DNA from: Convolutriloba macropyga
Lineage: Eukaryota
Direction: 5' to 3'
DNA length: 64,000 nt
Assembly: GCF_964194025.1 (NCBI RefSeq)
Contig: NC_134477.1
Span: forward strand, 53,878,001-53,942,000
Part shown: piece after piece, positions 1 to 11,608 of the stretch
Numbering within the stretch: the first letter of the stretch is position 1
Layout of the letters: every line of letters begins with the position of its first letter
The notes under the pieces: generated by a model
What the model was told of the DNA's origin: nothing
The model's input: the letters and a program-made list of their open reading frames with translations, nothing else
The model's database searches: none
Program-made: the position numbers and the translations under genes

Positions 1-2
1 GC

Positions 3-1640
3 GAAATTTGCTACATGCATCAATACGGTTTACACAAGAGCAAAAACAAAATTCCTACTTTGTGTCAGGCAAAAATAGTTCCCGAAATTCCTTTGAAAAA
101 ATGTTACTGGCGCGACGCTCAGCCGATTCCCGAAAGTCTGTGTCATTATAATGTCGACCAATCACGACTGAACAACGAGGCCTCGAGCGGGGTTCGAACC
201 TGCGCCGCAATACCGGAGGACATCCAGGATTTTCTCAACACTCTGCCAAAACAACGCGGAAATTGTGTCAACCCAACAACTTTAACAACGAAACCAGGAG
301 TGACCACAAAGTCTCCTAAAAACCCGACATCCGTAAACCCGAACCCAGGAACAACTACCGCTACGATAACCCCTTCGCCGACGGGTTGTAAACCAATTAA
401 CCCAAATGCGAACAGCAGTGTATATATTTGCACATGCAACAATTCAATTTTAACTAGTTGCGATCTTCAAGTTGAGACGAAAAAAAGTAGCAACGAAACT
501 CGTTGCCGTTTGGAAATCGTAAACATGGATATCAAAAATATCAGCAACAATTTCACAATCAAAACAAACAATAAACAACTGGAAAACTGTTCACACATTT
601 CCTTAGTTATCGACAGCTCTTCGGTAGAAAACTTCGGAAATTTAGCCCAAGTTGCAAAAAGCTCACTTTTGCGCTCCGAAACCGGGTTTCTGACGTTCAA
701 AAACCTCCCGGGTGTAACAGCTTACGATTTGGAAAAACTAATTGAGCAACTTACCGAAAAAACAGAAGACATTACTTGTCAACTGGGAAAAAACCTTAAC
801 GCAAAATTGAACCTTAACATCGACACAGTGTTTCGAAATTACATTCAAGAAGATTATTTCGATATCGTTTCATTTTACAATCGCTTTTCAAGTGTATTTG
901 TAAACAACTTGTTCAAACCTGTGACGTTTAAAAACCCGTTAATTTTGGATAAAACAAGTAGCATGCATTTCGACAACAGCTTGTTTAAAAACAAACTTAA
1001 CTTTGTCGCCCTTTCTGGAAATCAGTCGAAAATTTACTGGGAAAACTACGATTTCTATCCACAATTTTACAGAGTTGAAGACAGAAGCAAGAACAGCAAT
1101 AAATCGGTTGGTGAAATTTTTATTAATGGCTCTTCAAGTTATATTTTGAAGGAGGTTTTTGCTTACTCGGGCGAAGTTGATACCATCGGGTTAAATCATC
1201 ATGTTCAGAGAATTGAGTACGGCGCGTTGGCAAACACGAAAACCCTCCGGGCAAATTGTTTCAAAAACCTGTCAAGCCATGGAGCTCAAAAAGTTTGTTT
1301 CGACCAATCAAGAAACGACAAAAAGAACTTTCTGAACGGAAGTTGTACCAAAATGTCAGACAAATTTCTGTGTGAAATTTGTTTTATGCATCAATTTGGT
1401 CTTCATAAAACAGTTAACAATGTTACGCAGCTTTGCAATGGAACCTCGGAATATCGATTGATGACCAGAGAGTGTTATTGGCGACCATTGCAACCGGTTC
1501 CTATAGCATTGCGGGACTACCAAATTGACAATTCGTTTATCGACAAATCTGTGACTGAATGCGAGTACATATTCAAAGATGTTCAACAGTTTCTAGATGC
1601 AAGTTATCAAATTTATAACCCAGAGGTTTATGTCCAGTAA
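3..1640 (+). CDS. 5'-truncated CDS of a Cys-rich, likely secreted/extracellular protein with a tandem ~457-aa supradomain, a Thr/Pro linker and a degenerate LRR-like region
   Basis: The frame is open upstream of the ATG at 15 (codons 3-14 = EICY). EICYMHQYGLHK...LC...CYWR..QP.P recurs 1371 nt later as CEICFMHQFGLHK...LC...CYWR..QP.P. Thr/Pro-rich linker, many N-x-S/T sequons, TAA at 1638-1640 and AATAAA at 1644. Confidence 0.8.
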   Translation, partial: EICYMHQYGLHKSKNKIPTLCQAKIVPEIPLKKCYWRDAQPIPESLCHYNVDQSRLNNEASSGVRTCAAIPEDIQDFLNTLPKQRGNCVNPTTLTTKPGVTTKSPKNPTSVNPNPGTTTATITPSPTGCKPINPNANSSVYICTCNNSILTSCDLQVETKKSSNETRCRLEIVNMDIKNISNNFTIKTNNKQLENCSHISLVIDSSSVENFGNLAQVAKSSLLRSETGFLTFKNLPGVTAYDLEKLIEQLTEKTEDITCQLGKNLNAKLNLNIDTVFRNYIQEDYFDIVSFYNRFSSVFVNNLFKPVTFKNPLILDKTSSMHFDNSLFKNKLNFVALSGNQSKIYWENYDFYPQFYRVEDRSKNSNKSVGEIFINGSSSYILKEVFAYSGEVDTIGLNHHVQRIEYGALANTKTLRANCFKNLSSHGAQKVCFDQSRNDKKNFLNGSCTKMSDKFLCEICFMHQFGLHKTVNNVTQLCNGTSEYRLMTRECYWRPLQPVPIALRDYQIDNSFIDKSVTECEYIFKDVQQFLDASYQIYNPEVYVQ

Positions 1641-1643
1641 AGA

Positions 1644-1649
1644 AATAAA
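1644..1649 (+). promoter_or_regulatory. candidate polyadenylation signal
   Basis: AATAAA 3 nt after the stop codon; a second AATAAA at about 1758. Confidence 0.4.
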
Positions 1650-3313
1650 TTGTATAGCCTCAAATCAGATGTGAACTTTAATATTGCAACAGAACGCCCA
1701 AAAATGATATTTTGGGAACAAGAAGCGCCGGAGATTGGAGTTTAATATAAATATAGTAATAAATTAAATTTCACTTTGAGTAAGCGACCCTTGAAAAATC
1801 AAATTTAACTTTATGAGTTAATGTTTTTTATTATAATGAGTCACATGGCATCTGTGCATAGACATTATGATTGTTTTGGACTGATTGTGCAGCAATGAGG
1901 CTTGCATTGCTGCGATAGGTTACTAGGAATTAGAGTTGAACGACGGGCGCAAAGCCGATTGAGAAAAAATGAGCCCGATGTTTTAATTTGATCGGCCAAA
2001 CAATCACAATGATTCAAATTAAAGTACTAAAATGGACGAGATGATGATATAATCAGTGGTCGTTGTTTGATTATGTATGGAACGGGGGGGTTCGATTTGA
2101 GTGTAACTACGCAGAGTTTTTTTTATTATATAAGTTTTATCTAAAGAAAGAAAAATGCCTTCTCCAAATTAAAGTTTAAATTCGACCAATAAGAGCTCGG
2201 ATAGCATTCGGCTTATTTCTTCATTTATAGCATTGTGCTCTACGCCAGTTTATAGCGTCCTCAGTTTATGCTTTACTCAGAGGCACCAAAATTTTCGGAA
2301 ATAGAAATAAGAAACTCCGCCAGAAAAGCCGCAACAGTTACTCGTGAGTTTTTTCTTTGGAAAACATAAATTTTTTGCCGATTTTTGATTTATGTTTTCT
2401 AGTTCTCGCTTGATGCTAAACTTTATGGCTAAAACACAAGTCCCGGTCCCGATTAACAAAGTTTGGTATCTTTCCGCTAGCGCCCCACCCCCCCCCCCCC
2501 CCCCCAAAGTAAATTAGGCACCTCCAATTGTGTATGTTCCAACATAAAGTATGCATTTGAATTGCCACGTATGAATAGACTTTTACAAAAAAACTAATAA
2601 TGCGTAGAAATATTTCACAGCATATAATGTAAATATCGACCAAAAACTTGTTCGTTTTACATTTTCAGGAATTACGTGGATTGTAAAAGGGTCTGCTACA
2701 TATTTTCATGAAAAATGGGGCCAATATGGTTAATGATTTATGATAGCGGGCACGTAATTATATAAGATAAGCCACTTTTGAGAAGTGAGCCTTACTTTAA
2801 AAATTGGTTGGTGCCCAAAATGCGGTTATATAAGACTGGGGGATCACAGCTTCAACTAGATGTAAATTTCAGTGAATAAAAAAAATTCAACAAACTGAAT
2901 CGAGCTTATCAAAAAATGTTTGTAATCGGGTTTCTTTCTTACCTATTTAATTCATAATTTCGTCAGCGCTGTGTAAACGACTCATATGTCACAAATTATT
3001 ATTGACGACATTAAAAGTTTCCCAATATTTGATTTTCAATAATAGAAAAAAACAGTTGTTAATCTCAACAGTGTCAGAATACTTAAATTTTTGTTAGGTG
3101 GAACCAAAAAAGGGTTCGGAAAATAATTTGAGTAATACAAGTTTAACGGCTGTTCTCTGGCACGAGTTATTATGTTCAAATTAAGATTTGAAAATTACTT
3201 TTCAATAAAAAACTACTTCAAAAAGTTTTAGCAACAAAATTTCCACAAAGTCCTCTCTCTATATTCTCAAAGTCTTATAAAACACACGCACACACATATG
3301 TAAATATATATAC

Positions 3314-3316
<3 letters not shown>

Positions 3317-3348
<32 letters not shown>
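3317..3348. repeat. (TA)n microsatellite
   Basis: Read directly from the sequence. Confidence 0.95.
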
Positions 3349-3353
<5 letters not shown>

Positions 3354-4347
3354 ATTGATTAGGATAGCAATTTTTCTGAAAATTAATATTCAAAATTTTC
3401 CAAAATAAAGTGGATTGAAATAGAAAACATCTGTGAGCTGTTGTTATTAAAACTTGTTGCAGAAATGTCTATTTCTAAAAAACAGACTGCCTTCATGTAG
3501 TTGTCTTCAAAATCGTTAAAAGAAAGATTTAATATGAACCCAACATCGAAAGATTCTGTTGAAAAATTTGGTCTTTCGAATTTCTTTACCTGAGAACAAC
3601 CTTCTGGAACCAGTTTTTTCTTCAAAAAAACAGTGGAATGTGCAATAAAGTTTTCTGCAACCTGGTTAGAACATCATCTTTCACCGAGCAATTTACATGT
3701 TGCACCAAAACTGATTGAAATAATACCACAATTTCGAAGTTTCTTTGAAAAATAGTCAAAACCGAAGTTCAAATTTTTGTGAATGTTTTAGTTGCGGTAT
3801 TAAGTTTGAGAACCTGATTGCTGACTGTTATAAAAAAAGTAAGAGAAAAGTCTAAATAACAGCAGACAAAATAAGCCGAATTTTGGGAATTTTGAATTTT
3901 TTCCTAAAAATATTTTGAAAAAACATCCTTCGACATGATTTTTTAAGGGATTTCAAATCAACACCTTGTTGGGCGCGGTAAAATTGCAATGAAAAGCTTT
4001 GAATTCTTGTTTTTTGGTTCAAAGAAATAAGTCGACAATAAAAAATTTTAGGTCTGCAAACTATGCTGCATCAAAAACTATTTGACACGGTACTACGGTA
4101 GTATTAACGGTTGAAAACTTCAGAAGACAAGAAAATTGCAAATCATTTCAATTCTAGTCATTGAAATTTAATTTTATGTGGTATATCATCTATTTTATTG
4201 TTGTCAACTAATGTCTGAAAAAGCTTTTGAAAGAGAATTTAAAAAAATTGGCAAAAGGTTCAAAAGTCTTAGACATCGAAAGGAAAACACAGAAAACCTA
4301 ATCACACTCGAACATACATAATCTCACTTAGACGCAAACATGCCCCG

Positions 4348-4352
4348 CACAC

Positions 4353-4393
<41 letters not shown>
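4348..4393. repeat. (CA)n microsatellite
   Basis: Read directly from the sequence. Confidence 0.95.
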
Positions 4394-4396
<3 letters not shown>

Positions 4397-4688
4397 TCCC
4401 ACAAACACAGTTCAATCTATGACTACATAAATTTGTGCTGTAAATTGGATTTGATAGATCATGCACATTTAACTAGAAGACGAAATGTCAAAACCAATAT
4501 TTAAGACTTAGAAAAGAGAGAATCAAGGATATGCCAATGGGTGCTGCGAAGTGCAACAAAACACCAACAAAATGATCATGGTTAACTCTAGGTAACAAGA
4601 TAACATGGAAGAGGATGCCGTCTCAAGACGCAATTAGAGAATGTGTCTATGACAACTATTCTTGTCAACTTCTCTGTATTTTGTTGGT

Positions 4689-4782
4689 AAATTTCGAGAA
4701 AGACGCTAAATTTTTCGAATAGATTTGGTTTCAGAAATTTCGAGAAAGACGCTAAACTTTTCAAATAGCTTTGGTTTCAGAA
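4689..4782. repeat. 46-bp tandem duplication
   Basis: AAATTTCGAGAAAGACGCTAAA...TTTGGTTTCAG at 4689 and 4735. Confidence 0.9.
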
Positions 4783-5832
4783 GCGATATCGTCCGTGAAA
4801 TTACAATTTTTTTTACCACAAATCCCGTACAGGTTAGAGTTAGATTTTAGAGCCCCCAAAGATCATTAATGAGCGCTATTATCTAGCTTTTTGATTTTAA
4901 TTTTCGATTTCGAAATTTGTCAGCCGCCATATAAAATTGGATACTAACCATTCGGTAGTACATTTTTAAAATGTAAAACCGATGCGTTAGAACAATGATA
5001 GAAATAACGTGGAAACAAAAAATGGAAACCAATGATTAAAACTTTACGAAAAAGAGAATTCGGTCATGTATAGACCTATGGCGTGTTCAAATAGAGAGTT
5101 GTGATTTTGACAAAAGATAGGCAAAAAAGATATAAATATTCTTGTGTTCTTTCTGTTGTAAGATAGCGAGAATTTAACAATTGCACCACGAGAATTAACA
5201 AGGAAATCACTTCCTGTGAAATTGAGTAATTAATATTTTTAAAAAAAAATAGGATTACGAGCAAAAGTTAAAATAGTAGGAGACAAAATGAGCGAAATAT
5301 TACTTTGAATAAGCATTTTACGTCGTGATTTTTTAAGCGATCTCAAATCATCATTTCGAACTCGTTTCGCGTATAGAGACCAAATGAACATTAAAAAAAA
5401 TTTTAGGTGTACTATTGGTCTGCAAGCTATGCTGCATCAATTTTTATTTGATATGGTAGTATTAACGGTTGAAAACTTCAGAAGACAAGAAAGAAGCAAA
5501 TCAATTCAATTCAATTCATTGATCTTTAAGTTTATGTGGTATATCATCTATTTTATTGTTGTCAACTAAGATCTGAAAATCACTTTAGAGTCAAAATTCA
5601 AAAAAACGTCCTAAAGTGTTGAAAAGTAGACATAGAACGGACAACACAGAAAACTAATCAAGCTCAAACAGACATACTCACACACGCACGCACGTACCAC
5701 CGTACACACAAATACGCCCACACACTAAGTTTACCTTAGGACTTCAAAAAATGCACCAAAGATTTGATTAGTATAAAACTTTGTCTGAAAATTACTATTG
5801 AGAATTTTACTATCAAATAGGATTGAAATAGG

Positions 5833-8800
5833 AACAAGGAGGCTCGGCAATGTGCGTTTGCCCAAAAAGTTCCGACCCTTCCATCAACCTTTTTCACTTA
5901 ATTGTCTATCAAATGAGGAAGAGATAAGAAAATAACATATCAACACATCGTTCACCAAACTACTAAGTGAATAAAGCAATCTACCTTAGAGGGCCGATGA
6001 GAACTGTGACTACCATGATATGACTATCAGAAGAGGCGCCGATAAAAAAAAACAATTACAATTTTTAATTTTAACCAAAACTCATTGTCTGTTTTGTGAA
6101 AAATATTAATAACAATAACAAAGTGGCATCAGATAAAACTATAACCAAAGGAGATTAACATGAACTTCATTAAAGAAAAATTACGGGACCTTTTCTCAAT
6201 GCGAATTGGTAACAAGTCGACAAGAAAGGAGCTATACTGCAAAATTTAAAAAACCGTTGTTTTTTAAGAATTATTGTCAAAATGATTGGGAACATTATGC
6301 ATTCAATGGAGTCATTGAGGAATTCTTTAATATCTCTATAGAGAGCGATTGAGACCTTTTTTATCCAGGATATGTCATACAACTACAAAAAAACAACAAA
6401 TACAGGCAAAGTAAAAAATGCACAAAAAATTCATACAAGAACGATATCCCAGCCAAAAAAACTAAGTTGTTCACTAACAACATTAAAACTTTTTTATTGC
6501 GTTTTTTTTTTCAAATGACCACAGGGCCGCGAATTATTGTGACACTGTGAAAAGAAAACAAAAACCTACAATAATAGGAAAATATGCCGAAGATAAACAT
6601 ATTTTAAATAAAACTGGCTGTATAGAAAATGTAGTTCAATATACAAGGGATGTGGCTTGTCTATAGAGATGCTAAACTATAAGTTAACAGAAAAAAGATT
6701 GGCAAAAAAAAGGACTTCGAATTTCATCACCAACGTAAGCTTTCGACTAAAACAGTAAACAACTTATCTTGCAGTTTCTTCGAAAACTAAATGCGCCTGT
6801 GAGACTAAGTCACATGACAGAAAAATAACAATAATTAAAAGCAAAACCAACAAAATTTCGCAAACAAACTTACGATACCACAGTGTTGAAGCCATTAAAT
6901 ATACAAAATATAAATCGCAAGAAGGAAAACTTTCGTCTTCGTCTCTTCTGAACATCATAGTCTTTAAGCAAAAGAACCATCCCAAAATGACCGCAGAAAG
7001 AACCAAAAAGAATTAAAAGTATCGAAATTTCACACGATCTTAAACAAACTGTCTAAGCACTGAATACATCAGTCAAAACGTTTAACCAAAAAAAAGAAGT
7101 TCTGTTGAACAAAACTTTAAAGAGATGTCTCAAAAATGAAGTTAGGTTACAAAAATAACACATAATGATAAAATACAAAAAAAGCACACCAGAACGGGAT
7201 AAGTTGAAGAGTACTTTTATTTTTTTTTATAGAAATTATTTACAATTTTTAATTTTAACCAAAACTCATTGTCTGTTTTGTGAAAAATATTAATAACAGT
7301 AACAAAGTGGCATCAGATAAAACTATCACCAAAGGAGATTAACATGAACTTCATTAAAGAAAAATTACGGGACCTTTTCTCAATGCGAATTGGTAACAAG
7401 TCGACAAGAAAGGAGCTATACTGCAAAATTTAAAAAACCGTTGTTTTTTAAGAATTATTGTCAAAATGATTGGGAACATTATGCATTCAATGGAGTCATT
7501 GAGGAATTCTTTTATATCTCTATAGAGAGCGATTGAGACCTTTTTTATCCAGGATATGTCATACAACTACAAAAAAACAACAAATACAGGCAAAGTAAAA
7601 AATGCACAAAAAATTCATACAAGAACGATATCCCAGCCAAAAAAACTAAGTTGTTCACTAACAACATTAAAACTTTTTTATTGCGTTTTTTTTTCAAATG
7701 ACCACAGGGCCGCGAATTATTGTGACACTGTGAAAAGAAAACAAAAACCTACAATAATAGGAAAATATGCCGAAGGTAAACATATTTTAAATAAAACTGG
7801 CTGTATAAAAAATGTAGTTCAATATACAAGGGATGTGGCTTGTCTATAGAGATGCTAAAATATAAGTTAACAGAAAAAAGATTGGCAAAATGAAGGACTT
7901 CGAATTTCATCACCAACGTAAGCTTTCGACTAAAACAGTAAACAACTTATCTTGCAGTTTCTTTGAAAACCAAATGCGCCTGTGAGACTAAGTCACATGA
8001 CAAGCAAATAACAATAATTAAAAGCAAAACCAAAAAAATTTCGCAAACAAACTTACGATACCACAGTGTTGAAGCCATTAAATATACAAAATATAAATCG
8101 CAAGAAAAAAAAACTTTCGTCTTCGTCTCTTCTGAACATCATAGTCTTTAAGCAAAAGAACCATCCCAAAATGACCGCAGAAGGAACCAAAAAGAATTGA
8201 AAGTATCGAAATTTCACACGATCTTAAACAAACTGTCTAAGCACTGAAGACATCAGTCAAAACGTTTAACCAAAAAAAATAAGTTCTGTTGAACAAACTT
8301 TTAAAGAGATGTCTCAAAAATGAAGTCAGGTTACAAAAAAAACACATAATGATAGAATACAAAAAAAGCAAACCAGAACGGGATAAGTTGAGTACTTTTA
8401 TTTTTTTTTAGAAATTATTTTTAAAGTAAAAAAAACTATAATCTATTTAGCGATATCATTTATTAAGATCATCTATAGTTATATAGATTTATCTATAGTT
8501 GGCCACTGTGAAATATAAATAACTAATTTTTGCCATACGACAGCAGAGATTAATTCTGCAAGAGAACGTTGTCGCACGCCTTAAACGAAAACAACAGCAA
8601 CAATGTGCAATTATGCGCAAAAGTCACAAAATTTTGTAGGAAAACAAGTATTACCAAAACCCAGAAACCGTTCTCTTAAAACAATCGCCACAGAATTAAT
8701 TTTTAGTTCGTTTACTATAGGAAAGAAAATTTGGCCGGTCTTTACTGAGAGTTTATTTAAAAAATTGACAGAAATAAGATAAGTTCGAAAATTTACTGAA

Positions 8801-9826
8801 ATTTTCCAAAAACAATTACATGCTTTGGCATAAGAGGCATTAGGTAAAAACAAGTTGAAAGATACAATTTCTTTTACACATCTTGAGAAAAGTCATTTGG
8901 ATCTTTGAATGGTTAGACATAGTAATCAGACTGCAAAATGAAAAATAATTGAAGGCAAAGCACAAAAATTCAGTAAAATTTACTAAAACTCCTTTCAATG
9001 CCATGAAAAAGCATTAATTTCTCTGAAGACAAACTATACCTGCTTGCATCATCATTGCTACGTAAATGGGAGTTGTCTTTAATGGAGCGTTGAAAACAAA
9101 ACGCTGAGAACAAAAAATTATGATTGTAGGAACCCATAATAATACCAAACATATCCCTGATCTTGCCGCCCGCCCCAAAAACCGCCAAAATGTTTACGAA
9201 TTCGATCACTTGTTGAGTTAACTAGTTCAAATATTATAAAAACAATAAAGCATTTTGCATAATTATCGAGTTAAATTTGGAAAAAACGGCGAAATTTTAA
9301 TTCCAGAAGACTTTTATAGGATGCCGAGATCCAACTAACTCTCTTTTTTGGAGTTTGGGGAGATTTTGCAAGGGGCTACTAGGTTTCTACTTCCGGCAAA
9401 CTTAAATAAACTGGACCAAGAAAGCATATGTTGTTCAATTTTTGATGAAAAATTCTGAATTTTGAAAATTTTATTATAATTCTTAGACAAAGAAACTCCA
9501 ATCAAATAAAACAGTAACAATGACAATCTTACGTTAAAAATTTTCACGCATGTGAAACAATTTTAGCAACATTTTGCCAAATTTTAGTAAAATTTTACTC
9601 ATAAGGTGTATTCATTATGTGTTCACAAATCTTTAAACCTCAATAACTCCGTGCAAAGAAACGAAATGCGGACACATCTTTTTTTCCATATTCTACGATT
9701 TGTTTGCCTTTCAATGAAACCATTCACAACTATCAACGCTGATATCGAACGGCCAACATTGACTGAACAAAAAAACCATTTGAGTATAGAGTTGCTGCCT
9801 CCCCAATAAAGTGGATGTCGGAACAA
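5833..9826 (-). mobile_element. non-autonomous Helentron-type element (HINE family C), ~4.0 kb, copy 1
   Basis: Left end AACAAG-GAGGCTCGGCAATGTGCG...GTTCCGACCC and right end ...CCATTTGAGTATA...GTCGGAAC-AA both match the element at 39115-41614. Sub-terminal inverted repeat GTTCCGAC/GTCGGAAC; the flanks rejoin to resemble the uninterrupted paralogue at 3412-3460. Confidence 0.75.
6056..8420. repeat. 1,184-bp near-identical tandem duplication inside the HINE
   Basis: TTACAATTTTTAATTTTAACCAAAACTC at 6056 and 7240; identical 70-aa spurious ORFs at 6170 and 7354 (offset 1184). Confidence 0.95.
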
Positions 9827-10020
9827 AAAATCAATTTGTTGTTATGAAAACTAGTTTCAGAAAGTTCAATTTGTAAAAACAGAACAGTTTTCAAGTAATT
9901 GTCTGCAAAATCACAAAAAGGAAAATTATTATGAACACAACATGGAAACATGCTCACGAAAAACTTGGTCTTTCGAATTCGTTTTAACCTGAGGAAAACC
10001 CTGCGCGAACCAGTTATGAA

Positions 10021-10220
10021 NNNNNNNNNNNNNNNNNNNNNNNNNNNNNNNNNNNNNNNNNNNNNNNNNNNNNNNNNNNNNNNNNNNNNNNNNNNNNNNN
10101 NNNNNNNNNNNNNNNNNNNNNNNNNNNNNNNNNNNNNNNNNNNNNNNNNNNNNNNNNNNNNNNNNNNNNNNNNNNNNNNNNNNNNNNNNNNNNNNNNNNN
10201 NNNNNNNNNNNNNNNNNNNN
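10021..10220. other. assembly gap (200 N)
   Basis: Run of N. Confidence 1.
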
Positions 10221-10449
10221 GTTGGAGTTCGTTGCTAACTTTGCAGCACACATTTGCATGTCAATTGCATTGGCTTGTCAACCAAAACGATAACAACCCA
10301 AACTCTTTTTGCAAACTCTGCAGTGAATATACAGGAGATGATCTTGAAAAAAGAGCTCTAATCAGCTAGACGTTCTCAAACGAAAACTTAGTCCGGAAAG
10401 CATGAACTGTCGATCAAGTGCAATTCGACGGTTGTTTGTTTATCAGAGA

Positions 10450-11560
10450 AATGTATTATGGAGACCGTAAACCAAATGAGAGTTTACGAAAAGATATTAG
10501 AGAACTAAAAATATATGAATTTAATGCCACCAAAAGTACATAGATTGTGTAAATTATCAAAAGTTCTCGGCCGTTTTTCAGTCGATGCATAGGACGGTGT
10601 TTTTAAAACATTAGTAGAAGTGATTTTTTGAGGTAAAACAACGAACGTGCTCAATGCTCTGCAGGAAAAAAACCCATTTAGTCACAGAGCTTAACCTAAA
10701 TATATAGTAAGCAATCTACGAAATGGGGATCTAACGTTGCATCCTTCTGTTCGAAAAAACAAAGAACTTGTCTAAAGACTTGCCCCAATGAAATCAAAAG
10801 GCAGCCACTGTCCATCTCTTCTTGATTCAATGGAATGGGTAGAGTTACTGACATCATACAAATTCTCCTCAAACGTTCTCTGCAAAACCTTGTTCGTACC
10901 TGTAATGAAATTTATGCACCGGAGAACCCATTTTTTTAAATTCAAATAACGCTTATTGTCTGATTGTACTCATTAACGGCCCAGTGGGTCGACCAATTGA
11001 TACTCGCGAAGTCCTAAGATTAGTTACATAATTCAGCAGAGTAAATTGCATTAAACAGAAAGTATAGGTATTGAGCGGTAACGTAGAGCTGAGTCTTCTA
11101 AAATACGGTATCGAACATGGCATTCATGCAGTCCAACGAAGTTTTCTTGAAGATAATACTGAAGCTGCTCATTGGCGCAAAGAACGAATTTAACATCCTA
11201 AATAGAGAGCTTGCTCTGAAAAAAAACAGAAAATTCTCCTCCTCAGTTTATTTTTCTTATGAGACTTCATCAGTTGCTATGTGATTTCAAAAGCATATTC
11301 GAAAACAACTTAGCCTTCTGAAATCTTATCTCTCAAAATGGCTTCTTACTATGATAAACATGAGACGATGTTCTCTTTCTGGTTAAAGCAAGTGATCTCA
11401 ACTTTCTTCTAATTAAAGACATTGCAAGAGAATATGAAAGATCTATTCGGATATTTGAATGGTCACAGAACTAAAAACCTGCAGATGCAAAAATTCGTCA
11501 TGAAGGAATCCTCCAGAAAATCCAAAAGCCAAAAGAACAGCCAAAAAAAATTGGCAATGA
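10450..11560 (+). mobile_element. highly decayed Penelope-like RT remnant
   Basis: Frameshifted traces: PKVHR...RP at ~10530-10575 and DDVLFLVK at ~11365-11390 (RT YxDD region). The latter segment is reused inside the 1,571-bp repeat. Confidence 0.35.
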
Positions 11561-11608
11561 CTACAACTATTGGCTACAACTTTAAAAAATAAAGATTCAA
11601 AGTCACCG

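Larger units (their letters stand above)
3170..5832. repeat. old degenerate repeat units containing (TA)n and (CA)n tracts; the sequence resumes at ~9827-10020 after a HINE insertion
   Basis: GGTAGTATTAACGGTTGAAAACTTCAGAAGACAAGAAA...TTTATGTGGTATATCATCTATTTTATTGTTGTCAACTAA occurs at ~4097 and ~5455; 3355-3610 is similar to 5765-5832 joined to 9827-10015. Confidence 0.65.

Noticed and set aside
9733-10369. ORFs spanning N runs (also 20348-20692)
   Set aside because: Artefacts of assembly gaps.
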